A stretch of DNA of 64,000 bases. It comes from Rhynchobatus australiae. Its lineage: Eukaryota. The DNA is taken from the NCBI GenBank assembly GCA_034780895.1, contig JAUZTB010000062.1:22716742-22780741 (forward strand), read 5' to 3'. Below the pieces are notes generated by a model. It searched no databases and was not told the DNA's origin. It saw only the letters and a program-made list of their open reading frames with translations. The number at the start of each line of letters is the position of its first letter. Position 1 is the stretch's first letter. Positions 12,127 to 24,695 of the stretch are shown here, piece by piece. Made by a program: the position numbers and the translations under genes.

Positions 12127-13025
12127 ATCAATGGACTGGATGATGTGCAGTGTGGCTGGTAACTGAATCACATGGATGTTGTACATTTACCTTGCCCACA
12201 TGCAGAAAGGCAATTCTGCAAGCTGAGACCAACCTGGAGCTCAGCAGCAGGGCCCTGAGCAAAGTCTTAGGTGACCCAAGACAAAGGGCTGAGCCAGGAC
12301 AAGCCCCATTCATGGGCTCACTCTGAAAATTGACTCCCTGGCTTTGCCATCCACTACAGCTGTCAAAGGTTTCTGATTGTTCTAAATATCCCTGACTAAA
12401 GTTTTGGGACAAATGGAACAGATATTAAAACATTTTGCATTGTTGATTTCTTTTCTAAAGTACACTTTACCACGTGTTGCTGTAAGTTGTGCATGGGACT
12501 GCCGGGGTTTACCTTGCGAGTGCTGGCAAGTTCAGCCATCTCACGAACATACTCAGGTCCCGGGCTTCACAGCAGATTCCAAGCTGCACTTCCAAAGCTG
12601 GACCATTGAATTGAACAGGGAGTTTACGGCTTTGAGAAAGGCAAGTCACGTTTTTCTTTTAATTTGCTGTGTCACTTGTCAATACATGAATGGTATGTTT
12701 TTTTAATGCATGTTTGCAAAATAAATTAAAAAATTATATATAAAATCACGCTGTAATTGGTTCCTTGTTCTATAAAAATAAAATTACAATTAGTCAGATC
12801 AAAAGCCTACAAACTGAATTTGACGTTTATTTTCTACTCTGGTTAGATTCATTCAGTTCTTGGGATATTTTTCATACTTTTAATTCCATACAAGCGTTCG
12901 CTGATCCAGGATGTGGATAAGATGGCCATGTGAGATGCAAGTGTTTGATCTGTCAAAAAATAAATAAAAAAATAGCAGGGCGAGTTTGCTCCTTCCTCGC
13001 ATTCTTGTGGACAAGACAATGCACA

Positions 13026-13693
13026 NNNNNNNNNNNNNNNNNNNNNNNNNNNNNNNNNNNNNNNNNNNNNNNNNNNNNNNNNNNNNNNNNNNNNNNNNNN
13101 NNNNNNNNNNNNNNNNNNNNNNNNNNNNNNNNNNNNNNNNNNNNNNNNNNNNNNNNNNNNNNNNNNNNNNNNNNNNNNNNNNNNNNNNNNNNNNNNNNNN
13201 NNNNNNNNNNNNNNNNNNNNNNNNNNNNNNNNNNNNNNNNNNNNNNNNNNNNNNNNNNNNNNNNNNNNNNNNNNNNNNNNNNNNNNNNNNNNNNNNNNNN
13301 NNNNNNNNNNNNNNNNNNNNNNNNNNNNNNNNNNNNNNNNNNNNNNNNNNNNNNNNNNNNNNNNNNNNNNNNNNNNNNNNNNNNNNNNNNNNNNNNNNNN
13401 NNNNNNNNNNNNNNNNNNNNNNNNNNNNNNNNNNNNNNNNNNNNNNNNNNNNNNNNNNNNNNNNNNNNNNNNNNNNNNNNNNNNNNNNNNNNNNNNNNNN
13501 NNNNNNNNNNNNNNNNNNNNNNNNNNNNNNNNNNNNNNNNNNNNNNNNNNNNNNNNNNNNNNNNNNNNNNNNNNNNNNNNNNNNNNNNNNNNNNNNNNNN
13601 NNNNNNNNNNNNNNNNNNNNNNNNNNNNNNNNNNNNNNNNNNNNNNNNNNNNNNNNNNNNNNNNNNNNNNNNNNNNNNNNNNNNNNNNNNNNN
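13026..13693. other. Assembly gap (N run)
   Basis: 668 consecutive N. Overlapping ORFs are artefacts. Confidence 0.99.
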
Positions 13694-14099
13694 AGGCTTT
13701 GAAACTCTTTGGGTGGATCTTCTCCCACCCCAGGATGATTTCCATTGGACTTCCTTTGTCACCAGGTCTCTTTCCCATCAGCAATTTCCAGTATGTGCAT
13801 GGAAAAATCCTGACCAAAGTTCCCTACTCCTTAAGCGTAGCTGAGACTGTTGTCTGTGTTGTCCAATTTTTAAAATAATTCAAAATTTGGACTTGATTCA
13901 TTAGAATTCTAGTGGCAACACCCAGTCTCAGGAACAAAATCTGCACTTTCAGTGTTTTCACACAAAGACTGCTTTGCACATCAAACCAAATAAGTCAAAT
14001 GCGCACACAATATCCAAAAGTTGCAAAGTTAAAAATAACGTTGCTGCAAGCATACCAGACTCATGCCAAGAGTAGAGGAATTCAAATTACAAGCGGCAC

Positions 14100-14560
14100 T
14101 GGAACAACCTACCAATGTTTCTTCACTAGCCCCTCCCAAAGATCTACAACCGAGAAAAACAAAGCTGCCACATGGCTATGCCACCATCTGCAGGCTCTCT
14201 TCAGGTTAAAACACCACACTGACTTGAGAACTTATCGATGGACTTTCACCTTTGTTTGGTTCCAAAGATGTACAGTTTAGGAGCTGTGGGAACTGGAAGA
14301 GTGGCGACACTTGCGGGCTGCCCCCAGCATGTTCTCAGTAATGCAAAAAGACATTTCACTGTGTGCTTCGATGCACATGTGACTAATAAATAAATAAATA
14401 TCTATCTTAAAATCTTGGAGCTTCCAACCTAACAGCGCTGTGGAATATCATCTCAATATCATCAGCTGAAGACTGCAGCTGACCACCACCTTCACAGGGA
14501 CAGATGGGGATGAACGAATATTAAACACTAGGCTTGTCCATATGTCTCAAATGAATAACA
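14100..14560 (+). mobile_element. Old LINE 3' UTR fragment interrupted by a younger SINE tail
   Basis: CCACCATCTGCAGG...CACCACACTGACTTGAGAAC...[insert]...AAATCTTGGAGCTTCCAACCTAACAGCGCTGTGG...GACCACCACCTTC. Same family as the 3' end at 53600-53860. Confidence 0.6.
14259..14408 (+). mobile_element. 5'-truncated young V-SINE 3' half with ...CATGTGACTAATAAA tail
   Basis: TTCCAAAGATGTAC...GTGGCGACACTTGCGGGCTGCCCCCAG...ATTTCACTGTGTGCTTCGATGCACATGTGACTAATAAA matches the reverse complement of 50646-50800. Confidence 0.85.
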
Positions 14561-17500
14561 AAAAACCTAGATTGTCATTGGCTCTTAATTGGCCTAAATA
14601 TCTATTCTGCACTGAATCTTAAGTACCACCTACACTAATGCCATGCCACCCCACGATTTCATCATCATGCTGAGATGTTATTTTCCATTTACAATCTCGG
14701 TACTGCCAGTTGCACACTAACACTTTAAATTGTGCTACTCTGCTTTAAGTTCGCAGAAAGATGGAAGTCAGCAGCAAAGGAGGAGCCTCATTTCAGCATT
14801 TATTCCATTTCCAGACCTTGTGGTAGTGAAGCTGCTCGTCTTGGCAGGCTGTAGTGAGACACCAGTCAGGGACAAGCAGCTCCCGGAAGTCAGAGGGCTG
14901 CACTGATGCCAATAATGCAGAAAGTTCCCAGCAAGGTTTTTCCAATAGGGACCATGGTGACCAATAGCCAAGTGGACATTCATTTTGCTTTTTTCTGTTA
15001 AGATAAAGGATATTGTTCTATTTTTAGATTCTTTAGATAATGACCCTTTACGGTAAACACATAAGTATCATTTTGTGATTTCGTATTTTCCAATCTGAAA
15101 GCACCTTGAAATGACAACTGACATAACAAAATTTGAACAATTTCAAAAAAAATCCTTAAAATAAACCAGGTGATGATGGAACATCAAAACCACATGACAT
15201 TTTGAATATAAACAGTTCAACCAACCACAGAAAAGTGTTTTGATCACTGTGGTTTTCAATGCAAGAGAGGATAAAGATGGAGTGGAAAGATAAAGACATT
15301 ACTTGATATGCAGGTATAACAACAGTCTATGCACAGAAACGGACTTGTGTAATTCTCAAAATTAAAATACTGGCAATCATACAAAATGAGAGGTCCTTCC
15401 ACAATGATACTTGGCAATATTTCACCCTTCTTGGAGAGGCAAAATATTTTAATCATTCAATAAAACAAAGGGAAAAAAGTTTATTATTTCCACAGAACCT
15501 CACCCTCGATAAATATTTTTTTTCTTTTGAGCAATGGTTTAGCATTGTAATCTTGGAAACTCAGAAAAGCTATTCAAGCTAAAAGGTTAAAACATTTATC
15601 TGTCCCAACATCGTGAACATTTGGTCCCAACTGCCTGGCCTTGCCTAGGCTGTAATCACACTCCTCAAGCAGGGACCATGATGTCCTGTGGAGCGTTGAG
15701 TCATTATTGTCTACAGCTAGAACATTTCATCTGGTTTCCAGACAGATATTAAATTGGCTGAAAGTGGTTAATAAGATAACAACCCATTTCAATCTGATTT
15801 TATTGCATTAGGTATTTGCAAAATGGAGACTATTCCCAAACTTTTTCCATAAAGCCAACACTTCACTGTGTAGAGTTTATTCTAAACCAGTGAAACATTC
15901 ATACCTATTTCAAATACAGGGAAGGATGTTAAAACGAATATTTTGCAGGAAAGTATTTGAAAATTCAATCCTTAAATCAGAGCCAGCAGAAAAAGAATTC
16001 AGCAATTAAAAAGGTGATAACTTAGTTTTTTTCCCCTATTCACACCCAATCACAACTGCCCATAAATTAGTCAAGATAAAAGTTGTTTGAAAAAGACTAT
16101 GAGGTCAGGTTTAATGTTAAACCAGCAATTGTGCGACAAGTTGTATTTCTCTTTGGGTTTATCTACATACCAACAGAACACCCTACAATGACCCACTTCC
16201 CCCTTTGTTTTAATCTATATTTGGTTTTCCATCAGGTCTAGCTTAAAATACCACTAAAGATTCTAAGAATCAATAACTAAAATAATCAAGATAACAGAAA
16301 TGTGAATTCCAATGGAAAAGATGTGCTATCTCTCAGTTGCTAACCAAAGAGCAGAATTTTTCTGGCTCAGTGCAACCATTCTCCAATCAAACAAAAATGC
16401 CCAGAAAGTATCATTTGTGCTGTACTTCTCAAACATTTTAGCCTTGCTGAGTGCTACAGTCACTTAGCAGTCATGGGCTCATGATGGGGCCATTTTAAAT
16501 TACTTTTGGCGGTAGTTGGAAAAATAATTTCTTTTCCCATCAAATTTCTGAAATTCCCACACCTCATACATGTCTCCAAATCTTGAACTATTCCTAAACT
16601 AATATGATCACAGATCCCTCATAGTGATAACAGGAATATAACATTTCCACTTGCTCTTTCCAAGGTAAAACCAACTAGCTCACTCAAATGACTTTGCATT
16701 GACATCTCAGCCATGGTCAAATGCCTATGGCTGAAAGCTAGCTCCTTCAATTCATTGGGAGTCAGATTTAGAAACATGACAAGATATAATTGCAACAAAT
16801 AAAGATGACAAGAGTTACCAGCAAGGTCGAATAATTCAACACACAAATCAATAGAAGGAAATGGAATCTACATTATTAGCATGAATGTAAATACTTAATG
16901 CAGGGAGCAAATCAAGAAGGCATCTTCAAACTTCCAGGAGAGATTACATGGCTTAATAAATTAATCAGCTCACATTCAATATTGCACACAGACAACTCCC
17001 TTTCAAATACTTTCTGCATTCAATTTCAAAATTTAATACAAATTGTTTTTTTAAAAAGTCAATTATATTCATAATACTCATTAAGACTGTAAAAACCTAC
17101 CACACCAAGAACATACAATGCCACCCACACACTCGAGTCAGATTTATTCCGCACACTATCCATGTCTACTCTACATTATTTTTCCTTCCCTAATCCCAAA
17201 CTTAGTTCTGTCCTGCCATTTGTGATAACATGGTTGCAGTGGTAAAAAGGGGACTTGGATATGGGAATGAGATTTTAAAATAAATTAAATGAGCACAAGT
17301 AACTGCACTTCCTAATGTAAACAAAAACCCAAGATCACCTCCTGCACACATGATATTAATCCTTCTTTATAATCAGAAATGAGCTTCAGAACTTTAAATG
17401 ACTGGTCATTTTTGAGCAATTGAGAGAAACTGTTACCATGTTTCAGGATGCAAATGTAAAAAGAGATGCTGTATTTCACTGCACTTACACTAACAAAATG

Positions 17501-17726
17501 CTGTATATGGTACCAGTTACTTCCACAGGTTACTTCAAGCTTGACAGGTCTATCTTTTTAATTAGGCTTGACCAAACTTTCAAAGATTTCACACTTCAAA
17601 ACTGTCAAGCAAGGCGATGAGTGTTTCTCCTGCTAACTCCTCCACGAGAACCAAGATATCCATCGGGATATGATGGCATAGATAACTCACTTTTAAATTA
17701 AAATTCTTGAGCAATGGCAAAAAAAA

Positions 17727-17880
17727 GGGGCAGCACAGTAGCGTAGTGGTTAGCACGACGCTATTACAGCACCAGTGACCTGGGTTCGATTCCGGCCACT
17801 GCTTGTAAGGAGTTTGTACGTTCTCCCGTGTCTGCGTGGGTTTCCTCCGGGTGCTCCGGTTTCCTCCCACATTCCAAAGA
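17727..17880 (+). mobile_element. Young tRNA-derived V-SINE (HE1-type), 3' end lost in gap
   Basis: Intact Pol III A box TAGCGTAGTGG and B box GGTTCGATTCC. V-domain GGAGTTTGTACGTTCTCCCGTGTCTGCGTGGGTTTCCTCCGGGTGCTCCGGTTTCCTCCCAC with CpGs retained. Confidence 0.92.
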
Positions 17881-19606
17881 NNNNNNNNNNNNNNNNNNNN
17901 NNNNNNNNNNNNNNNNNNNNNNNNNNNNNNNNNNNNNNNNNNNNNNNNNNNNNNNNNNNNNNNNNNNNNNNNNNNNNNNNCTGTACCACAACACAATATC
18001 GAAAGTCCCTGAAATTCTGATGCACACAAATAAATTTGGCAGCAGCATTTTGGTTGTGGGCCTTCTACTGCAACTTTTTAAAAAAATTTGATGAATTCTC
18101 AGGGTGTGGGTATCCCTGACAAGGCCAGCATTTAACACACATCTCTAAATGATATTTTGAAGAACCCCAAGTATTAGTATCAGAAGCAATAGTCAGTCGA
18201 TTAGGACTCAGATAAGGAATATCCAGGGCTTCAGAATTCTCCTCGCTTATCCCCTACCCTCCACAGAGCTGTGGATGCTCAGTCAATTTAAATAGAAGGC
18301 TGAGAGAGATTTTTGGATTAAAGGGGAAAAAAGGCTTGTGGGAATTGTACAGGAAAATGCCAAGGCCATAGATTAGATTAGTCATTATTTTACTAAATAG
18401 CAAAGATGGCTCAAGGTGCCACACGGTCTACTACCGCTTTTATTTCCCACAATATACTGCAAGACTAGTACCTAGAGGGAATTTTAGTAATTTGGAGAGA
18501 GCTGATATCTATTTGGTCTCTGATTTTGGCCACTTTGAAACAATGGTGGGCCACAAATAGCACACAGGCCCTGCTTATCTACCCCTTCATAATCTGATAA
18601 CATTGTTTCCATTCTGTTCCTTTCAGTTGTTCCAGAGCTCAGTGTACCTTTCCAGTTTATGAAGTAAATCTCACTGGTACTAACAGAATGTTCTATTAAC
18701 TTCTACACTTGGATCTGGAATGCAGCGAAAGTTTGTTGCTGTTGAAGATAAAGGTCAGTCATTTTACTGAACCATGGTAACCTTTGAACTAGCCTTAACT
18801 AAACATTAACATACACAAAAGATATCATGTGCAATGTGGTATTCAGCATCAATCGTAAAACCAGTTCAAAAGAAAAAACTCAAGACTTCAAATATTTTGG
18901 CACTTTTCTGATAGTTAAAAGCAATCCATTGACTTAAGGTTCTGGCTTATTTTCATACCACTTGATTTTTACATGTAAAGGATGCAGGCTGATTTTTATC
19001 CAGAGCATTTTACTTCAACTTCTTATTTCTGATTTTGGCAGATAATCAGCTGCAATAAATGAAGTATCAGGTTTTGCTGCACAGAGATCAAAGTACAGAT
19101 ATTCACACAATACTTACTTTCTACTGGAATGATTAAGATAGAATTTTGAACGGGAGACAGGAACTAAAGTGTGTATGAGCAAAATTACAGTAAAGAAAGA
19201 AAAGTGACACTGAAAGTGATAAATTGGCAAGTCCAGATGGTTTTTAATCGCAAGGTTTGAGATAGGTGAGATCATTGCAGATGCCCCGACTATAATCCAA
19301 AATTCTCCCAATTTTGAAACCATTCCTTTAAGCTTGGGGAAAAAAAAAGTAGAACTGCACGTGTGCCAAGGGAACTGAAAACACTCTGAACCAACCAGCT
19401 TGGCAACTGTTCTCTGGGAAATAAGTATAGAATCTTCATTGAGTACAGAGACAAAAAGCCACCTTGAACATTTCTAGCTGATTGGAAGGAGGCAGCCTGG
19501 ATTGCTGTAACCATATCTGACAGACCTGATTGAATTTTTGATATTTTGTCTGTAATGGTGGACAAGGTATTAAATACATGGACTTCCAAAGAGTATTTGA
19601 TATTAG

Positions 19607-19923
19607 TGGGGTGACACAGTGGTACAGCTGGCAGAGCTGCTGCCTCGCAGCTTTGATGTTGTCTGCGTGGAGTTTGCACGTTCTCCTTGTGACCATGTGG
19701 GTTTCATCTCGTATCCCAAAGACATGCAGGTTGTTTCATTAATTGGGCCACAATAAACTGTCCCTAATGTATTGGTGAATAATGGAATCCGGAGGAGGTC
19801 GATGGGATTGTGGGAAGAATAAAATGGTATTACTGTAGGATAGGTGGATATGGACATTTGAAGGTTGGTATGGATTTGGTGGGCTGAGGGGTCTGTTTCC
19901 ATGCTGTTTGACTCTATGACTAT
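19607..19923 (+). mobile_element. V-SINE with CR1-derived tail
   Basis: Head GGGGTGACACAGTGGTACAGCTGGCAGAGCTGCTGCCTCGCAG, V-domain GTGGAGTTTGCACGTTCTCC, tail GGGCTGAGGGGTCTGTTTCCATGCTGTTTGACTCTATGAC. Confidence 0.88.
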
Positions 19924-21879
19924 TAGCTAAAGTTGGGGCTCGAGCAATTAAAGACAATTTATTGCTCAGTTTGGAAATTCGGCTGAGTAACCACATGCCA
20001 AGTAGGGGAAGGGTAAACACATGGAAGCATCTCAACTTGAAGATCCAGTTGCAGCCCTGGACCAGCATTTGCTCAGACTTTCTATTGGCCAGGCATTTGT
20101 GGTCTGCAGCAAGCCGCCACTGCTCATCACTCATCTCCAGAAGATGTACACATTTACCTGGAGAATTTGTGATCATGAGCTGGCTCCACTGGCGGCGGGG
20201 AAGCCCTAGCCATCCACAGGGCCCTCTGTGATATGGCAACATGTGGGCAGAACCAGAATATGCCCCATACAATGGCCAAAAACCTGACCATTCGCCAAGC
20301 CACATTCAAAAAATTGGCCCTGTCACTTCTGTTCATGATTAACCTTAGTGTGGCTGATGTTTTCTTGGCACCTAATGAGGTCCAAGGTTATCCAATACAT
20401 ACAAAAGCCCCATTGCTGGCAGAAAGTTGAGCTTCTGGGGACAACATATTTTTCCTGTTCATTCACACTAAAATGCACTGGGACTGGAAATGAGACAACT
20501 GTTAACATGCCCATTTCGATGTCTCGAACACAGCACTGCCAGACTCGTCCTCCAGCAGTCAGAATTGTGGAGGCCACACCAGCGATGCTCCCTCCACTGC
20601 TCAAAGTTGTTTAGTTCAAACTAATTCTGAGCTGAAGGCCTGGGTCATTGGCCTCTCAGTCAGACCACACCTCAAGGTAGTTTGGGGCAATCCATGGCAC
20701 AGGACTTGAGCATGCCAGACTATTGCGTGCTAGGTGCCCGGCCACACAGGAAATCGCTGCGTTTTCCCTCTCCCACCTTTTCCTTCACTTTTATGGCAGC
20801 CTTTTCTGTGGCTATTATGGGAATGGTTCTTCAGACTTCGACTAGTTTTTCAGTAGTCAGTGTTACATGGCAGCTGTGAGTTTTGCACACAGCCCCTGGC
20901 AGGAGCTACATATAAATATGCATTAAATCAGGACCCGTGTGGACAAGCACATTTTCACTCAGTTTCACAAATGGTTTCAGGACATCCAAACGGGCACAAA
21001 CATCACAGCAGCAAGTTTGGTACACCAAGAGAGAATGAAATCAATCTCGAGCTTAAGACTGTGACAGTCTTAACCTATCTAGGTAGGCACATGAACATGT
21101 AGGGAATGGAGGGATATGGATCATGTACAAGCAAATGGGATTAGTTTAATTTGGCATCATGGTCAGCACAGATATCGTGGGCCAAGGGGCCTGTTCCTGT
21201 GCTGTACTGTTTTGTGTTCTATTATCAATTAAGACTTATTTAAACTGTTATTACAAAATAAAACCCAAAATATTTAAAAGCAATTAATCTACTTAAAAAA
21301 ACTAAAATATTGTTAAAAGATCTAATTTACCAAACCCCCACTAGGCTTTCTGCTCCATTGAAATCAATGGGAAAGCTGGCCTTGCCTCAGGATTCCCCAT
21401 TCACAGCTGGAGAGCTATTGTCACCTTAGATTCCTTTGAGCTGACCACAACTTTAGGACCTCCGTATTCACATACACGCGGACTGCAAGGCAAAGTTGCT
21501 CTCAGTCACACGTCAGAAAACACCCAACAGCTTTACCAAGATTTCCATACAAAACTGCAGTAACTACAGCATGGCTCTTCCGGATCCCTCTCTGTGGCTT
21601 AAAGTACAGGAACCTGCCTTGTGCGACCGCAGCAACTGCTTTTAAGTAGGATTGCATTGGTATCGTGAGGCAGGGTGGGGGGGGATTAGCCACAGGGACC
21701 CAGTCACCTCAACCTTGCCACATTCCCACCCATTGCCAGCACAGTTTGAGAGAAGGAACTATTATCTGCAAAATAAATTGGCACCAACTGGAAGTTTGGG
21801 TCAGGAAGTAGTGCAATTTCGTGTGGCAGAGCCTAATGAACATACATTGTTGTGAAACCACATGGGCAAGATCTGAACA

Positions 21880-22398
21880 GGCATTGTGTGCAGTTTTGGT
21901 TGCCCACCTATAGCAGGGATATCATTTGGCTAGAAAGGGTGCAGAAAAGATTTACATGGACTGGAGGACTTAAGTTACAGGGAGAAGCTGGATAGGGTGG
22001 AACTACTTTTCCTTAGAGCATAGGAGACTGAGGAGTGACTATATAGGAGGTATATAAAATCTTGAGGGGCATAGATAAGATGGATGGCAGCAGTCTTTTT
22101 CCTAGGAGTCTAAAACTAGAGAGTGCAGGTTTAAGTTGAGAGGGAAAAGATTTAAAAGGGGACCTAAGGGACAAGATTTTCACACAGAGAATGGTGGGTA
22201 CGTGGTTCAAGCTGCCAGAGGAAGCTATGGAGGCAGGTATAATTACAATGTTTAATGTCATTCGTACAGTTACATGGAGAGGAAAGGCCTAGTGGGATAT
22301 AGGTCAAATGCCAGCAAATGGGACTAGTTCAGATAGACATCTTGGTCAGCATGGACAAGTTGGGCAAAAGGGCCTATTTCTCTACCATACGACTCTGA
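21880..22398 (+). mobile_element. CR1 LINE 3' end
   Basis: ORF2 C-terminal remnants (GAAAGGGTGCAGAAAAGATTTAC...GAGACTGAGGAGTGACTATATAGGAGGTATATAAAATCTTGAGGGGCATAGATA) and 3' UTR ...GGGCAAAAGGGCCTATTTC. Confidence 0.85.
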
Positions 22399-22539
22399 AT
22401 CCAGAGAGATGTAGATCTGTACAGCTAGATCATTTAGATTTCATTGACAGGTGCAGAAAACAATCAAAAAGTCTAGTGGAATGTCAGGTTTTTCATCCAG
22501 AGAACTTCAGTTCAAAGGAACAGAAGTTACAGCACTCTT

Positions 22540-22850
22540 TATCAGATCACATCTGGAACAAAGTGACCAGCTCTAGCAAATACTATACATACACACACAT
22601 ATATACGTACAGAGTAGATTTATCAGAATCATGCATGAACTCTAGGGTAAAATTACTGCCATTGAGTACTGGGGTCAGATTCCCTGGTATTTGCATGATT
22701 ATAAGGCAATTTGATTGGAAGGATATGGATTGAAGGATACAGAACCTGAGCATACGGACCCAAGACAGGGAAATGTGATGAACAAAACAGGTCAGCATGG
22801 ATGTGGTGGACAGAAGGGCCCATTTCTGTGCCGTATGACTATGACTCCTT
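22540..22850 (+). mobile_element. CR1 LINE 3' end, older fragment
   Basis: Ends ...GGTCAGCATGGATGTGGTGGACAGAAGGGCCCATTTCTGTGCCGTATGACTATGACT. Confidence 0.65.
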
Positions 22851-24304
22851 AACATTTTCAAGATATTATAGAGGAATTATTTCTCTCCATCGGTCATATT
22901 TTCACCACTAGACAAGTTCTAGACCAAGGGTCAACATTAGAGCCAATCCCTTCCAAAGTTAGGAAACATACCTACATAGCCACAGTGGTAGAGGTTTAGG
23001 ACTTTTCCACAAAACTTCATTCTTACACACTCAACTGTTGGTTTTAAAAATCAGAAATTGAGGGAATCTTATTAACAAAAGATAAGGAGGAAAAGACATG
23101 CTCAGCATTATGTCACCGATTCAGTCATGTTCTCATTAAGTAGTGAACGATATTGTTGTTAAATGTCTTGTCTCGTGTCCATTATCCAAAAAAAGAGGCA
23201 AATGGCTTTCCCGATTCCTACATTTGCAGCAATACTACAAACTGAACATCTCATCCTGCACCAGTCAAGACAACTTGCACATAGCTCAACTTATTAATCT
23301 CTCTTCACAAAATTAGGTAATTAATATCAGATTAGTATAATGTTTTACACTGGTCAGCACAATTCAAACCAAAGAAGTTGATTGTGACAACTTTGCTATG
23401 ATGCTCCTAAAACCACCTCCTTTGCCCATCCAACCTGACATTTCTATCAATTTCTGTTTGATAACACACTTGTTCAGTTTTTCCAGAGTGTTTTATTAAA
23501 GTATTGATGCTATTCAAATTGAAGTGGTTGGTGTTTATTATAGTGGCCATATTTTGTGGTCCAGAAGCACTGAAAATAGATGCCCAATCTGAACCACGTA
23601 GCCCTTCCCCTTGTGCAGTGGCATGGTAGTTAAGCTAGATGCAAACTCCATCAAATGACAACATTTCCCAAACTGCTGCTTACTGCATTCAACCAGCTGA
23701 CATTCAACACATTCACTGTCACCAAGTTAAAGACCTTCAGAGGCCCTGGCAAGTAACAAAGTGATTTTATTTTAAAACTATCTGGTAAAGTTGGAGTATT
23801 TCCAATAGGCCACTATGCTGGTGCATGGCTGGAATCTCACACACCAGGGCGGGAAGAAAAGTTGCTGCCCTCAACTAAAGATCATTAAAACAATTTCAAT
23901 AAAAAGGGAAACAGAATGTTTTTTATCATAACATCTACCCGGCTTCTCTATGGTAAACTGTGCTTTTCCCACAGGCAGCCCATGAATGATCTACTGCATG
24001 TCCTAGTCCCGATTTTATTTCTTATATCAGCAAACATCAACCTCATCCATGGCTGGCTATTCAAGCTAACTGTTCAAGGAATCAGTTCAAATGACCAAGT
24101 CCCCTGCTATAATCAGAATCCACATTCATCAAATATGCAGAATTGTCTAGATAAATGTTTTAAAGATGTGGCTTATTCATTGAATTTTGCCCCACCTTTG
24201 GAGTATAATTGAACTCTAGTTTGTGAGAGGCTTTGGGAAATGCACATTATAAGTATCCGATAGACTCAATTGGTGGAACTCTTTTTGAGATTCACACCAA
24301 CGCA

Positions 24305-24695
24305 CATGTGCACTCATGTCAACTCCAAGACTTGAATGTGTGGTTAAGGTTGATGCTTGGTGGAGCAGAGAAGCAATGCTGCAATGTCAGAGTTGCTACA
24401 TAATGGATCAATCATTAAAGTAACAAAGTGTGTCTGCTTATTCTAATGCAATTTAATTAGGAGTAAATTTGGGAAAGGGGGTGGAATGAAGAGGTTCTCC
24501 TAGTATTTTGTCCAAAATACATCCCTTAACATTCACAAGACATAACAGTTTTATTTTGTTCAGCTGACTGTGTCACGCCCAAAAGGGGCCTCCGAGCTTT
24601 CTGTGTAATAATTACACTTGAAACGCTAATTCATTGGTATGAAATACTTCTGGGAATCCCAAGCACAGAAAAAGCAATATAATTACACAAATTCT
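24305..24695 (+). mobile_element. Decayed DeuSINE (SacSINE1-like)
   Basis: ...CTCCAAGACTTGA...GCAATGTCAGAG...GAGGTTCTCCTAGTATTTTGTCCAAAATACATCCCTTAAC...TTCATTGGTATGAAATACTTCTGGGA. Confidence 0.5.

Noticed and set aside
12849-13844. Long ORFs of 238-322 aa
   Set aside because: They are artefacts of the 668-N gap.
17727-17800. tRNA gene candidate (A and B boxes)
   Set aside because: It continues directly into a V-SINE body, so it is a SINE head.
20157-20210. Possible small phase-1 exon ending at CCAG|GTAAAT (GLPRRQWSQLMITNSP)
   Set aside because: No pyrimidine tract and no convincing similarity to known SEPT9 N-termini.
22865-22890. ATG GAG AGA (MER...) on the minus strand as an isoform-3 start
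   Set aside because: It continues NNSSI with no donor site and lies within a CR1 remnant.
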